From Narcine bancroftii (taxonomy: Eukaryota), in assembly GCF_036971445.1 (NCBI RefSeq), contig NC_091470.1, positions 232,252,001-232,316,000 of the forward strand: a stretch of 64,000 nt of DNA, given 5' to 3'. A program made the position numbers and the translations under genes. The notes below the pieces were generated by a model that was not told where the DNA came from, made no database searches, and was given only the letters and a program-made list of their open reading frames with translations. Below, in pieces: positions 23,951-35,300 of the stretch; position 1 is the first letter of the stretch; each line of letters begins with the position of its first letter.

Positions 23951-25234
23951 TATGTCTTCCTTGCTACTTGCCTCCGCCACCATCTTGTGCCTCGTGGCTT
24001 CCAGCTCCAGTTCCAGGCCTCCCAGTCTGTTTGACGTGCTGAGATTCCCCAGCATTGTGTTTTCTCTTCAACCACGGCATCTACAGGATTCCGTGCTTTA
24101 TTTCTTGATGTTAAGTCCTTGGCATATCACTGTCTGATATGCTAAATATTTCCAACAGTTTCTCTTTTAATTTCCAAAATACTGTATTGATCAGGTTGGC
24201 ACTCGGTGAATAGGGAGATGCTTTGAGGGGCTAACATTTTAAGCCAATCAAATCCACAATCATTCATCAGTAGATTATCATGGCACACCATTAGAGGTGT
24301 GGTGTAAGCCATTGCACCACTTTAAGGTGCACAATGTACAGAAAAGATGAACTATCTGTGGACGAAGCATAGCTTGCAATATCTGGATCTGATCTTTGTG
24401 CTGAAATGCTTTCAAAGTTCCTATTTATTGCCAGAGTACACACATCACATCACGTACAACTCTGAGATCCCTTTTCCTGCAGGCCAGGCAGAATTTCTAC
24501 TTATCAGTAACTGTAACCTATACTCAAGAGAAAGATACACATACAAAAGAGAGAAATGCATCCAAAGAAAGAAGTCTATAAGTCTGTTTCCTTTGCAAGC
24601 AATCACAATCACTTCTTATCAATGTTCTATTGGTCTCTTCAATTCACTACAGAAGGGAAATTCCAAACAGATGCCTAATCCCAGCCTACAAACTTGCCCA
24701 TATTTCTTCACATCTCAGAGGAGTTCCTCCCTCTTGGATGTCCTCAAAAACACTAGAAGTGGTAGAGCAGGCAAGAGGGAATAATCACAAGATGAGATCC
24801 ATTTCACTTTGGGGAGGGTTGGTCCGTGGCATAAGCAATCTCTCTCTGGCTGAGGCACAGCAGTATTGCAGTGGCTGGCACAAATATACAATTATGTAGG
24901 TTAATGACCCTGTAGGAAAGCCCACTTGAATAAGATTAACATTTTAAGAATTGTTCATAATGAGGCAAAAATCATGCAATACAAAATGAAAAATCATGAC
25001 AATTGACTGTTGAGTTACACACTCGAGTGCCCTCTTTCATTTGACAGCTGGGTTCTGAGCATCCTTGGGGTGTCTGGCTGTTGGAAGACTTACCCCTTTG
25101 ATTTTACATCCATGGAGATGGCCTCAATAAGCTACAGAATTCCTGTTCAAGATGGAGGGCCTCAAGCTGTAGCCAGTGTCAATCGAAGGGGCGGCCTCAG
25201 TTATGGAGCATAGGTGTCCAATTGGCTATTTTAA

Positions 25235-25330
25235 TCTCTCTTCTAAATGTGACAAATGTAGAACTGAAGAAGGTTCACTGTATCATTTGTTGTGATTATG
25301 TCCCCCCTCTCTCCAATTCCAGGCAGTGTT
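25235..25330 (+). mobile_element. Old L1 ORF2 zinc-knuckle relic
   Basis: 25248-25304 reads CDKCRTEEGSLYHLL*LCP, the same CxxC..H..C pattern as the L1 at 18-21 kb. Confidence 0.6.
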
Positions 25331-26114
25331 CTAAGCTGGAATGTAATGTGTTGGTTTACATTGGTCCACGGCAGGCTCTGCAGATATTAATGAGAGGCGC
25401 TGCATCAAGAAGGCAGCCTACACCATAAAGGACCAAACCTCCCACCACCCTAGTCACAGCCACATCTCACTGCTCCCTTTGGGCAGAAGGTACAGAAGCC
25501 TGAAAACCAGAAGCTCTGGGTTCAAGAACAGTTTATTACCAGACTTTTGATTTACCTGCTTCTTGGGATAGACAATAAACAGCCAGTAATATTTACATGA
25601 ATAAATAATTCTAGAAAATCCACTATTTTTGTTTCAAAATGTTGACAAATCTGGGAAATGCTGACATTAATTTCTCATTCCCAATTGCCCTTTTGAACAA
25701 CTTTTGATGGTTCTCCCAGAATACAATAAGTAAGAAGTTAAAGGGTTTACACACTATGACCTCTGCACTTTATTTCCTGGAAACACATTAGGATTCAATA
25801 TAACAACTTGTGTCATGGGAAATTGATAAGATCAGATCAAATGCCAGTTTAATTCCTGATGGATTTTATTTTCTTTTGGTAAGAACGCACTGGTATGAGG
25901 TACACAAGATTAAGCAACCAATTTGAATCCAGCTGCTGTCCTCAACCACTTGCATTCACTTCTACTGCCTGTCCCTGAAAAATACCAGTCATAGGGTCTA
26001 ATGGAGAGTGGAAGAAGGAAGTTTAGTTGGTTGGGGGGTGAGTGGGTATGCCCATACACAGGATAGGAAAAGGCTACAGAGATCATGGGTGTTCACTTGA
26101 ATAAAGGCATCTAG

Positions 26115-26400
26115 AAACTCAAGAAAGCAGCCTCTATCCTCAAGGGCCCTCACCACCCAGGTCATGCCCTCTTCTCACTTCTACCATCAGGAAGGAGGTA
26201 CAGAAAGCTGAAGATGAACACCTACTGATGCAAAAACAGCTTCTTCCCCTCCACCATCAGATTTCTGAATGGAGAATGAAGCACAAACAGGCCTTACTTT
26301 TTTTCTTAATTTCCACTGATTTTTTTAAAATAGTGTATGTACAAAGATATAATTGATACCAATTGTGACCTGTTGAATGCTGCTGCAAAGCAATGAATTT
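26115..26400 (+). mobile_element. Rex1/Babar 3' fragment
   Basis: KKAASILKGPHHPGHALFSLLPSGRRY segment. Confidence 0.75.
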
Positions 26401-26666
26401 CTTTCTTCTCCAACATATCAAACTCCACTGAGCTCCTGGGAATCCAGTACTCCCTGTCCATATAGAGCACAGAATACTGGCACATCCCTCTTTTCTTTCA
26501 ACTGGTGAAAATCACATGGATGTGATCCTGATACATAGGCTGCGGGCACTGTTTTTGTTCCTCTCCTCCAGCAAGAGACATCTACTAGAGGAACTCAGCA
26601 GGTCGACAGTGGGAGAAAAAGAATGGTCAACGTTTGGGATCCAAATCCTTCGTCAAGACACAATTT

Positions 26667-27030
26667 CTCACACACAAAGCCATGCTGACTTACCCTTGCC
26701 TTTCCAAATGCTGGTGGATTCTATCCTATAGAATCCACTCCAGACATTTTCCATGACAGATGTTGGACTCACCAGCCTATAGTTCCCAGGCTTGTCTTTG
26801 CGGCTTTTCTTAAACAAATGCACAATATCAACCACGCTCCAGTCTTCCAGTACTTCACCTATGGCCACAGTTGATTCAGATATCTCAGTCAGGGCCCCGG
26901 CAATTGATCCCCTGGCTTATCTCAATGACCCAGGATCCACTTGGTCAAGCCTCAGATATATCCACTTCAATATGTTTAATACAGACCATGCCTCCCATTT
27001 TGTAATGTGAATATGTCCAAGACATCACTA
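26667..27030 (-). mobile_element. CR1 ORF2 RT fragment
   Basis: GEVLEDWSVVDIVHLFKKSRKDKPGNYRLVSPTSV..QHGFV. Confidence 0.8.
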
Positions 27031-27559
27031 CCATATCCAGTTTACTCATGTAAAAGGTGATCTCCTGTAAAAGTTGACCCTAAATCTGGTGAGATGCAGG
27101 TGTGTCGGGACACAAGGAGCAACTTGAATATAGTTTGGGTGAGCTCTGCTGTTCACCCCCAGGAAGACCTGTAACATCCCTGGCTCCCTGAAGGAGTTCC
27201 CAGAAAAGATTTTGTACAAATTGTACTAAATCAAAAGGAACTATTGAAATGAAACCCAGTCCCATGCTCAAAAACAGCAGAGCTTGTTTAGGGCGGCATG
27301 TCTGCTCAATGGAAATCAATGACTACACCCTCCTTCATGTGTTTGCACTAAATGATGGCAGTCATGCATCCAAATGGCAAACTTTTATTATGAGTTTACT
27401 ACTGAGGTAAACTTTGTACATTCTTAATTTTATTATATTACAAAGCAGATAATGTTGTTCCCTCTTAATGCATTAAATCCTATGAGATTTGTTAACATTT
27501 GAAACTATTTCTTAATGCATAGCATTTGTTTGCTTTCCCAATATTCCACCAATCTTCTG

Positions 27560-27780
27560 TAGTCACTTGGTGCACTTAATTTGGAAAACATTCTTTCAAG
27601 AACCCTAAGAAACTGTTGTCATGTTGCAAAACACGAGTGTAATATGGATAGATCATCTTTCTTAGTAGCATTGGTTGAGGGATGTATCACCCACAACACC
27701 ACAGTATCTCCCCTATCATCTTTGATATGTCGGCTTTGACAGTAGAATCATGAGATATCTATGACAGTACTCCCTGGAGG
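27560..27780 (-). mobile_element. Deu-SINE relic
   Basis: agatcatctttcttagtagcattggttgagggat and cagtactccct match the reverse complement of the Deu domain. Confidence 0.5.
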
Positions 27781-27889
27781 AGTCCTGTGTCTGTTACTAA
27801 TTCCCCTTAAGATTCCTTGTAGATAACATTACAATGAGAAGACTGCAAGTGGAGGTGAGGGAGGAACATTTATGATTTTGAATGCTTTT

Positions 27890-28128
27890 GGGCTGCACGG
27901 TTGGCCTAGTGGTTAGCACAGCGCCATTACAGCACTAGCGATCAGGTTCAAATCCCGCGCTATCTGTAAGGAGTTTGTATGTTCTCCCCGCGTCTGCATC
28001 GTTTTTCCATGGGGCTCCGGTTTCCTCCCACCGTTCGATATGTTATGGGGGTTGTTCGTTAAATCGGTGTAAATTGTGCCACACAGGCTAAATGCTGTAT
28101 GTCTAAATTTAAATTTTAAAATTTAAAT
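27890..28128 (+). mobile_element. V-SINE (HE1-like)
   Basis: Complete head, V-domain, (taaatt)n tail. Confidence 0.88.
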
Positions 28129-28144
28129 AATATCATTTGAAATA

Positions 28145-28944
28145 CTGTACAATTCTGATTATCCAAAATTGGTTTGTCCAAAATCCTAAATTATCCGAAA
28201 AATGTTGGGACCCAGAAGTGACATCTTTTTGCCTCTGAAACATTTTGGATAAATGAGGATATCTAAAACAAACAGAAATCCTCATTTACCTGAATTTTTT
28301 GTCAGAGTGGAAAAAAATTCACCCAACATGAAATTATAATGACAATTGTCCTCATTTCAGGTAACTCCCTCCCCTCTCACTTTTCGTTTCTTCTTTACCT
28401 TCCCCTATTGACTTTTCTCTCCAACTCTCCCTCTCAAATTGCATGCTGCTGTCTCCCAGCCGCAAGCAGCTGGAAGAATCCCTTATCCAGGCATCGTCAA
28501 GGAGAGCGGACTCCCGGGCAGGGGCGGAACTTCAGGCTCTCAGGCAGGAGTGGGTTCTCGGTGGGGAGGTGTCAGTAATCGCCGGTGGCGATTGGGAGGG
28601 GAAGTGTGTGTGGGCGAAGACTGGGTCTGTGTTGGGCTCCAACATCGAGAATCAGGATGCGAAGCCAGATCAGCCCCTGCCGGAACGAGCCCACCAGTGA
28701 ATTGGCGGCAGCGGTAGGGAGGTCTCGGTGATTGGTGGCGGAGTTGGGGAGGTTTCGGGGATCAGCCAGCATTTTTTTTGGTGAGAATTAAACATTGTCT
28801 TAATGCTTTAAAAGCCTTCCCTTGTTGTTTTGTGGTTGTTTAAAAAATGATACAAGTGATTTGCTGTTACTTCTGGGCTGTTTTAAAAAAAAATAACTGG
28901 CTATTTGAAAAATTCAGTCACCTCGGATAATCGGAGTTGTACTG
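28145..28944. mobile_element. Non-autonomous Tc1/mariner (Tigger/pogo-like) element, 800 bp
   Basis: TA-flanked TIRs ctgtacaattctgattatcc / ggataatcggagttgtactg; subterminal ttatcc repeats. Confidence 0.8.
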
Positions 28945-29400
28945 TATTATCCTTTACTTGTTTAGGTAAAATAAAATGAATAGTCCTGGGAAATGCCTTA
29001 GGTTATAAATCTGACCCTCCCATAGAAAAACTGTGCATCATTGCTTTATTAAGATCCAAGCTGCCTTAAGCAGGTTCTAGCCGGGAAGGGGAAACATAAC
29101 CATTGTTCAATTTGGGTGTTAAAATCTTTCAATTTACCTTTTATTTTGTTACCAATGAACTTGTCTATATCCCTGAGTAATTGTTTATACAAATATACTA
29201 AAACCCTGGTGACTGGAATTCAAGCAGTGGGCAGCCTCAAGCAACTGGCCAAAAAACCCCAAGGAAAATAAATAAATAGGAGCAAAATAAAAGGAAATGT
29301 TTTCTGATGTAACACATAAACCTTAGGTAAAGATGGGAGCCAATATCCAGCCAGCGGAGAGCCTTGGCCAGTGCTTTGCTCGTAGGAACTGTTTGAATAA

Positions 29401-29495
29401 AGTTGTGTGAAACAGCGATGGCGTCACCCAGGATGAAGAGCTGGTTGATGCCGCTCGCTGTTGGGGCGACTCTCTTAAAGTGTCGCCCCAGTCAG
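29401..29495 (+). ncRNA. Candidate structured RNA (long hairpin plus overlapping second hairpin)
   Basis: aacagcga/tcgctgtt, tggcgtca/tgatgccg, ccag/ctgg stems; tggggcgac/gtcgcccca stem; no expression evidence. Confidence 0.3.
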
Positions 29496-30242
29496 AGGCT
29501 TGATCTGTAAACTTGGGGGAGGGGGATTAATTATCTATAATGTTATAGTTTTCATCTTTCAGGCAGCTCTGTGGAGGGGGAGGAACCTGCAGATACAGCG
29601 ATGGTTAAATGTTTTCAAAAAACATGACTAAAAATAAAGTGAAATGCTTTGAGGTTTATATATTCATGCCAATGAAGTTTGTTCAGTGTAAGTCCAGTAT
29701 CGTATTTTTGTCTTTTAAACAATCAATTCTTAATGCGGGTGTATTAGTAAGAGTAAGTCTCAAGCAACCAGAATGACAGTGTAGATCAGCCGACCAATCT
29801 AGTTCCGTCAGTGGACACCGACAGAGTTGCATGTTGTAAGAGTCAACCGAGATGAGATGCATTTGCAAGAAATTAGATTTTAGCTTTATTCACATTTTGA
29901 ATCAGCTTGTGCCTTCCTTGTGCATGGTCACCATTCCTGGCTATGGCACAAGTAGTGTTTGCTTCAGTGGAAAATTGCTAAGTGCATGTCTTTCAGTTGA
30001 ATGTAATTGTAATTTAAATGGAGCTTTGTAAAATATTTTCTTAAAGGGCTTCTGAATGGGAATCATTATCAGTTAAATAATGTCGGCAGTGATGAAGGAT
30101 CATTGATTGTGGCATCTACCTCACGGCTATTAATTCTGTGTCCGTCACAATTCATGGTCATCATTTCCTCACAGTTTAATGGCTTTAGGGAACCCTTTCA
30201 TCTGATTGTGTCTTCTGTCTTGGCCCTTTTCCTTTTGTCAAG

Positions 30243-30251
30243 CCAAAACAA
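30243..30251 (+). other. Candidate 9-nt microexon
   Basis: Branch-like ctgat, about 55-nt AG-free pyrimidine tract, AG, ccaaaacaa, GTAAGT. Confidence 0.35.
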
Positions 30252-31026
30252 GTAAGTACACTCTGTTAGTGTAGCGTTGCCTCTGACCCCTGTGCCCTTC
30301 GCAAGAGGAGTCCCCAAGACCCTATTATAATCTATAACCTCTCCCACTGTCTCGGATCAGTCCCTGACTGAGAAAGGAACAGAACGGACCTTTGGAAGCT
30401 TTATCTGCCACGACTGCATTAGCAAGACAAAGCCTGAATGGAATGCAAGCGCTCAGTCCCAAGTTGAGGGGACGTGTTCTTTAGAAGCTGACAACTCAAA
30501 CTGTGCAAGGAATTCCACAGATGAGATCAAAAGAATAATCAAGCACGTACTAAAGGTCACCTTGCTGCCAATAATACTGAGGGTTCGGAGTACAGCTACG
30601 CTGCATCCAAATCCGTTCTTGGCCTATAGACTGAATATGAATCAACTTGTTGAGGCAGCTTCTGTACTCGATGTATTCTTGCCTCAGATCCCTTACATTG
30701 ATCTCATGGAAAAATTAGAGCCATATTTAGCCTGGGGAGTTTAAGAAAATAAAATTTGAGCACTGCTTTGCCCCAGCAACAAAATGTTTACTTTTTCAAT
30801 AACTATTTAAGTCAAGTTTATTATCTGATTGCACAGGTAAAACTCGAAGAAACAGCGTTCTCCGATCCTCAGTACACAACATGCAGACACACAACCAGAC
30901 ATTACACACATACAGACAAACAATACAATTCTACCCGGTGACAGATAACTCGATAAGATTGTCAGAAGGCAGGTGTGTTTACTAGTTCCTCCAAGGGCTG
31001 GTATGAAGAAATGAATGAGAAGGTCT

Positions 31027-31260
31027 CGGCACAGTTAGCGTAGTGGTTTAGGTGCCAGTGATCGGGACTGGGCCTCAAATCTGTCGCTGTCTGTAAGGAG
31101 TTTGTATATTTTCCCTGTGTCTGTGTGGGTTTTCCCTGGGTGCTCTGGTTTTCTCCCACCTTCAAAAACGTACCATGAATGTAGGTTAAAGGGGTGTAAT
31201 TGGGTGGCATGGAGTCGTGGGCTGAAATGGCCTGTTACCATTCTGTATGTCTAAAATAAA
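31027..31260 (+). mobile_element. V-SINE (HE1-like)
   Basis: Head, V-domain, tail. Confidence 0.85.
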
Positions 31261-31561
31261 TCTCAGGTTTGTCCCCCAATTTACATTGAGATAGTTGACC
31301 CCGGGTGGAACAGAGTGTCGGGTTGTTTGAAGTATCCCGAGCAGTCATAGTACAAGCAGCCAGAGTTCACGTTCTTCATTTCTCTCCACTGACCCCCTGC
31401 AGATGACAGTAAGGATTGGGGATCCCTTCAGCTTCCTGCCAGCTGCGATCAGCTACTTTGGCTCAAGTCCCACTGATGCCAACTGGAGACAAGCTGTAAG
31501 TTGTAAGTATAGACGAGTGGGAGAATCGAGGTTTGCCATTCAGAAGGGGCGTTAAACTCAA

Positions 31562-32110
31562 AGGTCTGCAGGCATTGTGATTGTAGTAAGAACACACAGA
31601 AATGCTGGAAGAACTCAGCCGGTTTCGCAGCATCCATAAGAGATAAAGATATATTACCAACATTTTGGGCCTGAGTCCTTCTTCAAGATATAAGCCAAAA
31701 GAAGGCAGGCATCTGAAAAAAGACTGGAGAGAGAAAGGGGGAAGACTGGGAAGGGGAGGAGTCCAAACAAACAGACAAAGCGTGTTAAATGGATATGATA
31801 AGAGTAAAAGTGAGAACTGATTTTGGCTCTGTGAAATGAGACAAAGGGAAAAAGGTATATGAAGAGAGAGAGAGAGAGAGAAACAGAGATAGAGAGATGG
31901 GGAAGAAGATGGGGGTGAGGGGAACTGGAGAAGTCAATGTTAATGCCTTCTGGTTGGAGGATGCCCAGACAGAAGATGAGATGTTGTTCCTCCAATTTGT
32001 CTGGCAGTGCAAGAGTCCATGGACAGACATGTCAGCAAGGGTATGGGATGGGAAATTGAAACAGGTGGCACTGGGAGATCTAGGCTATTGTGGTGAACAA
32101 AGCTGAGATG
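31562..32110 (-). mobile_element. Penelope-like element 3' part
   Basis: MSVHGLLHCQ..LEEQHLIFCLGILQPEGINIDF; terminal ctgagttcttccagcattt. Confidence 0.85.
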
Positions 32111-32209
32111 TTTTTAATGTTATTGCATGAACAAGGTTCTCCCTGCCCTCTCAGGTGGAAAGATTTGTAAAAGATGCAATTTTATCCGAGAAAAATCCCA
32201 GGGATAGAG

Positions 32210-32548
32210 ACACAGGGAGTCATAGCATCACAGCAGATCATTCAGCCCACTGTGGATGTGTTGACCGCCAATCTGCTATTCACACTAATTCCATCCTAAC
32301 CCATTTTATTCATCCTGCTTTCCTGCCAACTGTCTCTGAACTCTACCATTCACCTAAATACGAAGGGCAATACACAGTGGCAAACACAATTTAAGGGATG
32401 TGGCAGGAATCTGGAACACACAGAGGAAACGCCTATCGTCAGAGGGAGAACATAGAAACTCCACACAAACAGCATCTGAAGTCAGGATTGAACCTGGGTC
32501 ATTGGTGCTGGGGTTGGGGGCAGCAACTCTACCAACATACTGTTGTGC
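32210..32548 (-). mobile_element. Older V-SINE subfamily copy
   Basis: gacccaggttcaatcctgact..tgtgtggagttt..tgttctccc on minus strand; CR1-like tail. Confidence 0.7.
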
Positions 32549-32699
32549 CAACATAATCTGGGAAGCATATATCCCTCAGGCTACAGATATGGATCAGTAA
32601 TTTGGTCAGTTATTTCATTGCTGGTTACGGGAATTTGCTATGCAGAAAATCTGTGCTGTGTTATGTCAATAACAATACTTCAAAACACATTTCATTGAG

Positions 32700-33385
32700 G
32701 GAGCAGCTTGGTTAGCGTAGTGGTTAATGCAACACTGTTATGGTGCCTGTGATCGGAAACGGGGTTGCAATCCCATGCTGTCTGTAAGGAGTTGGTACTG
32801 TTTCAAGCCCAGAGGACCCATGAACCCAGCAGCAATAGATATTCACCAAGATAAATGGTTACTTAACAAAAGTTGCTTTTAATTATCCTGAACATGAAAA
32901 TAGAATCAAACTTTAAATTATCACTATTAACTTACTTAACCAAACAACCCCCTTCTAATTCTAAGCGCATGTGTGTAATGTGTGTGTAAGTTTAGAAATA
33001 TTCTTTGCTTCACAGTTGAATCTCACTTCTCATTCCTCCAAGTTCACTGATTGCAGACAAATTTTATACTGTGCACAGAATTTAACATTTATGAAGTTCA
33101 CCAGGCTTTGGTGCTTGAAAGGTAAATGGTTACCGCTCAGGAAGGTTCTTGTGAGCTTTTAGAGAGAGATTTGTTGTTCCAGGACATCCACAACTGATGT
33201 ACTGCCATCAGCTACACCAGTGTCTTGCTGACGAAACTTGCCCCTTCTGGGTTCTCCAGATGATAACCTCTTTCTTTCAGGTCACCACAGAGTTTCTTTC
33301 TGTTTCCCTTACAAATGGGCTTTCCATAAGCTTGCCAGCTTGTCCTGTTCCAGAGCTGCTGTCTGCTGGCTGAAACACTGTAGAA

Positions 33386-33432
<47 letters not shown>

Positions 33433-33927
33433 CTCTCTCTCTCTGTCTCTCTCTGAGAGAAAGCCTGTTTGACTCTGTCTGCTTGCAAAACCACATGACC
33501 CTCTCAGAACAGCAAGTTCTCCTCCAGACAATCTGCAGCTCCAGCAAGATCTTTCATCTGCTGTTGCCTTTTGCAAACAACAATTCATTAGTGAGTCTCT
33601 TGAGCACTCTTCAAAGCTCTTGTAAAAGTTATGAGGCCCTCATATGTCTAGCATGGGGCAGAGCTCCAGTATTTCAAATAAGATCTGTTTTAAAGTGTTT
33701 GTATGCGACATACTCTAACAAACCTTTCCCAATTTATCTCCCAAAAAACATATTTATATACTCTATTACAGTATGTTATCTACGTGTCTGCGTGGATTTT
33801 CTCTAGGAGCTCCTGTTTCTTCCCACCCTTCAAAACATACCAGGGGTTATAGGTTAATTGGGTATAATTGGGCGGTGTGTGCTCATGGGTCGAAATGGCC
33901 CATTATCATGCTGTATGTCTAAATTTA
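32700..33927 (+). mobile_element. V-SINE split by a solo LTR
   Basis: Head ends gtaaggagttggtac at 32798 and the V-domain resumes at 33771. Confidence 0.85.
32799..33770 (-). mobile_element. Solo LTR (972 bp), probably Gypsy-like
   Basis: TG..CA termini; 4-bp TSD gtac/gtat; minus-strand ATTAAA near the end; internal (CT)n at 33388-33453. Confidence 0.85.
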
Positions 33928-34029
33928 TTACCTTTTAATTGGGATTTCCTTTTGAGGAGGTCCTCAGCTTATGATGTAAACAGTGCAAACACAGGTTTCT
34001 TCAGCATTTACACCAACGATTACTGGCTG

Positions 34030-34790
34030 CATCTTTTACTCTCCCCACCTTTCTGCCTTGAACAGGGTTCCCTTCTGTCGGTGACATCCTGGTTTACTCT
34101 TCCTTCCCCAGCCATCATTTCACTCCTTTAACGACAACCCGCTGTACCCCCCAGTTGGGGCAATCCTTGCTCCGACATCTCTCCTCCCAACCTCCCATCA
34201 AGGGCCATAAGCAGACCTTCCAAGTGAGGCAGAGCTTCGCATCCAACCCAGGCCAGCTGCGATCAGCTATCTTGGCTCCAATCCCATGGAGGCTGACTGG
34301 AGACAAGCCACAAGTCGTAAGTCTAGTCGAGATGGGAGAAATTTGGGCTGCTATTCAAAAAGGAAGTTAAAACAACGTCCTCCGTGCCCTCTCAGGTGGC
34401 ATCCTAGTATTCCTTTGTGTCTTATTTATCATCCAAGTAGTATAGGCACAACCTGACTGCATTCTATGCACTCAATGTTGCCTCCTCAGCATTGGTGAGA
34501 CCAAAAACATAGGGTAACTGCTTCGCCAGCCAAGCGCCACTGTCTGTCCTTAGATGCAAGCTGGAACTCCTGATTGCCAGCCATTTTAATTTCAAGTAAC
34601 CTCCATCTCCATCTGGTTCCATTTCCATCTGTCCTTTACCTGTTTCTGTCCTCATTTTCCTCTCAAAGCATTTACCCGTCTCCCCATCTTCATGTATCCA
34701 GAAGCCTCCCTTTCCCAGCCCTTTCCTCACCCTCTATTATGCTTGAGATTTTCCTTTCCCACTCAAGTCTCAAAAAAAAAAGGTTCTGAC
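34030..34790 (+). mobile_element. Penelope-like element relic (GIY-YIG), interrupted at 34250-34440
   Basis: IKGHKQTFQVRQSF, then CILCTQCCLLSIGET and LLIASHFN segments. Confidence 0.7.
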
Positions 34791-35065
34791 AATGGCTCCA
34801 ACTTTGTTATGTGTGCTATCTCTTGGCACTGACTTGGCAAGTCAAGTGTAAAACTCCCTTGCATGGTAGCAGAGGAGGAAATTAGATTTGATGGTGATCA
34901 CGGCTGGAAGTCCATCTTTAGATCAGATCTTAACCAAGCCTCCCTTGTTTAAATAGAAACATGGCCTCCAAGATTACAGATGTCATCTTGATCAATGAGC
35001 ATCATGTCATAGCATGGTCAGATGCTTCATTCTCTCCCCTTGTACAGAGTGATCATTGGGCAGAA

Positions 35066-35300
35066 TCCACAGTTGGTGTAGCTGTGAGCACAACGCCTTT
35101 ACAGGGTCAATGATTGGGACCGGGGTTCAAATCCCACATTGTTTGCTGTTCTCCCTGTGTCTGCGTGGGTTTTCCCGGGGGCTTTGGTTTCCTCCCACCA
35201 TTCGAAATGTACTGGGGGTTGTAGGTTAATTAAGAGGCATGGACTCGTGGGCTGAAATTGCCTGATTCTGCGCTGTATGTCTAAAATAAAATCTAATAAA
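35066..35300 (+). mobile_element. V-SINE (HE1-like)
   Basis: Head, V-domain, tail. Confidence 0.85.

Larger units (their letters stand above)
31440..32698 (+). mobile_element. Deu-SINE split by Penelope and V-SINE insertions
   Basis: gttaaac (31551), ctgccctctcaggtgga (32143), atatatccctca..ttgctggttacggga..cttcaaaa (32567-32697) occur in Deu-domain order. Confidence 0.65.

Noticed and set aside
24280-24335. Imperfect palindrome
   Set aside because: Needs several gaps to pair; not distinguishable from chance or an old transposon scar.
27890-27965. tRNA-like sequences (here and in other SINE heads)
   Set aside because: A/B boxes run directly into the V-domain and LINE-derived tail, so these are SINE heads rather than tRNA genes.
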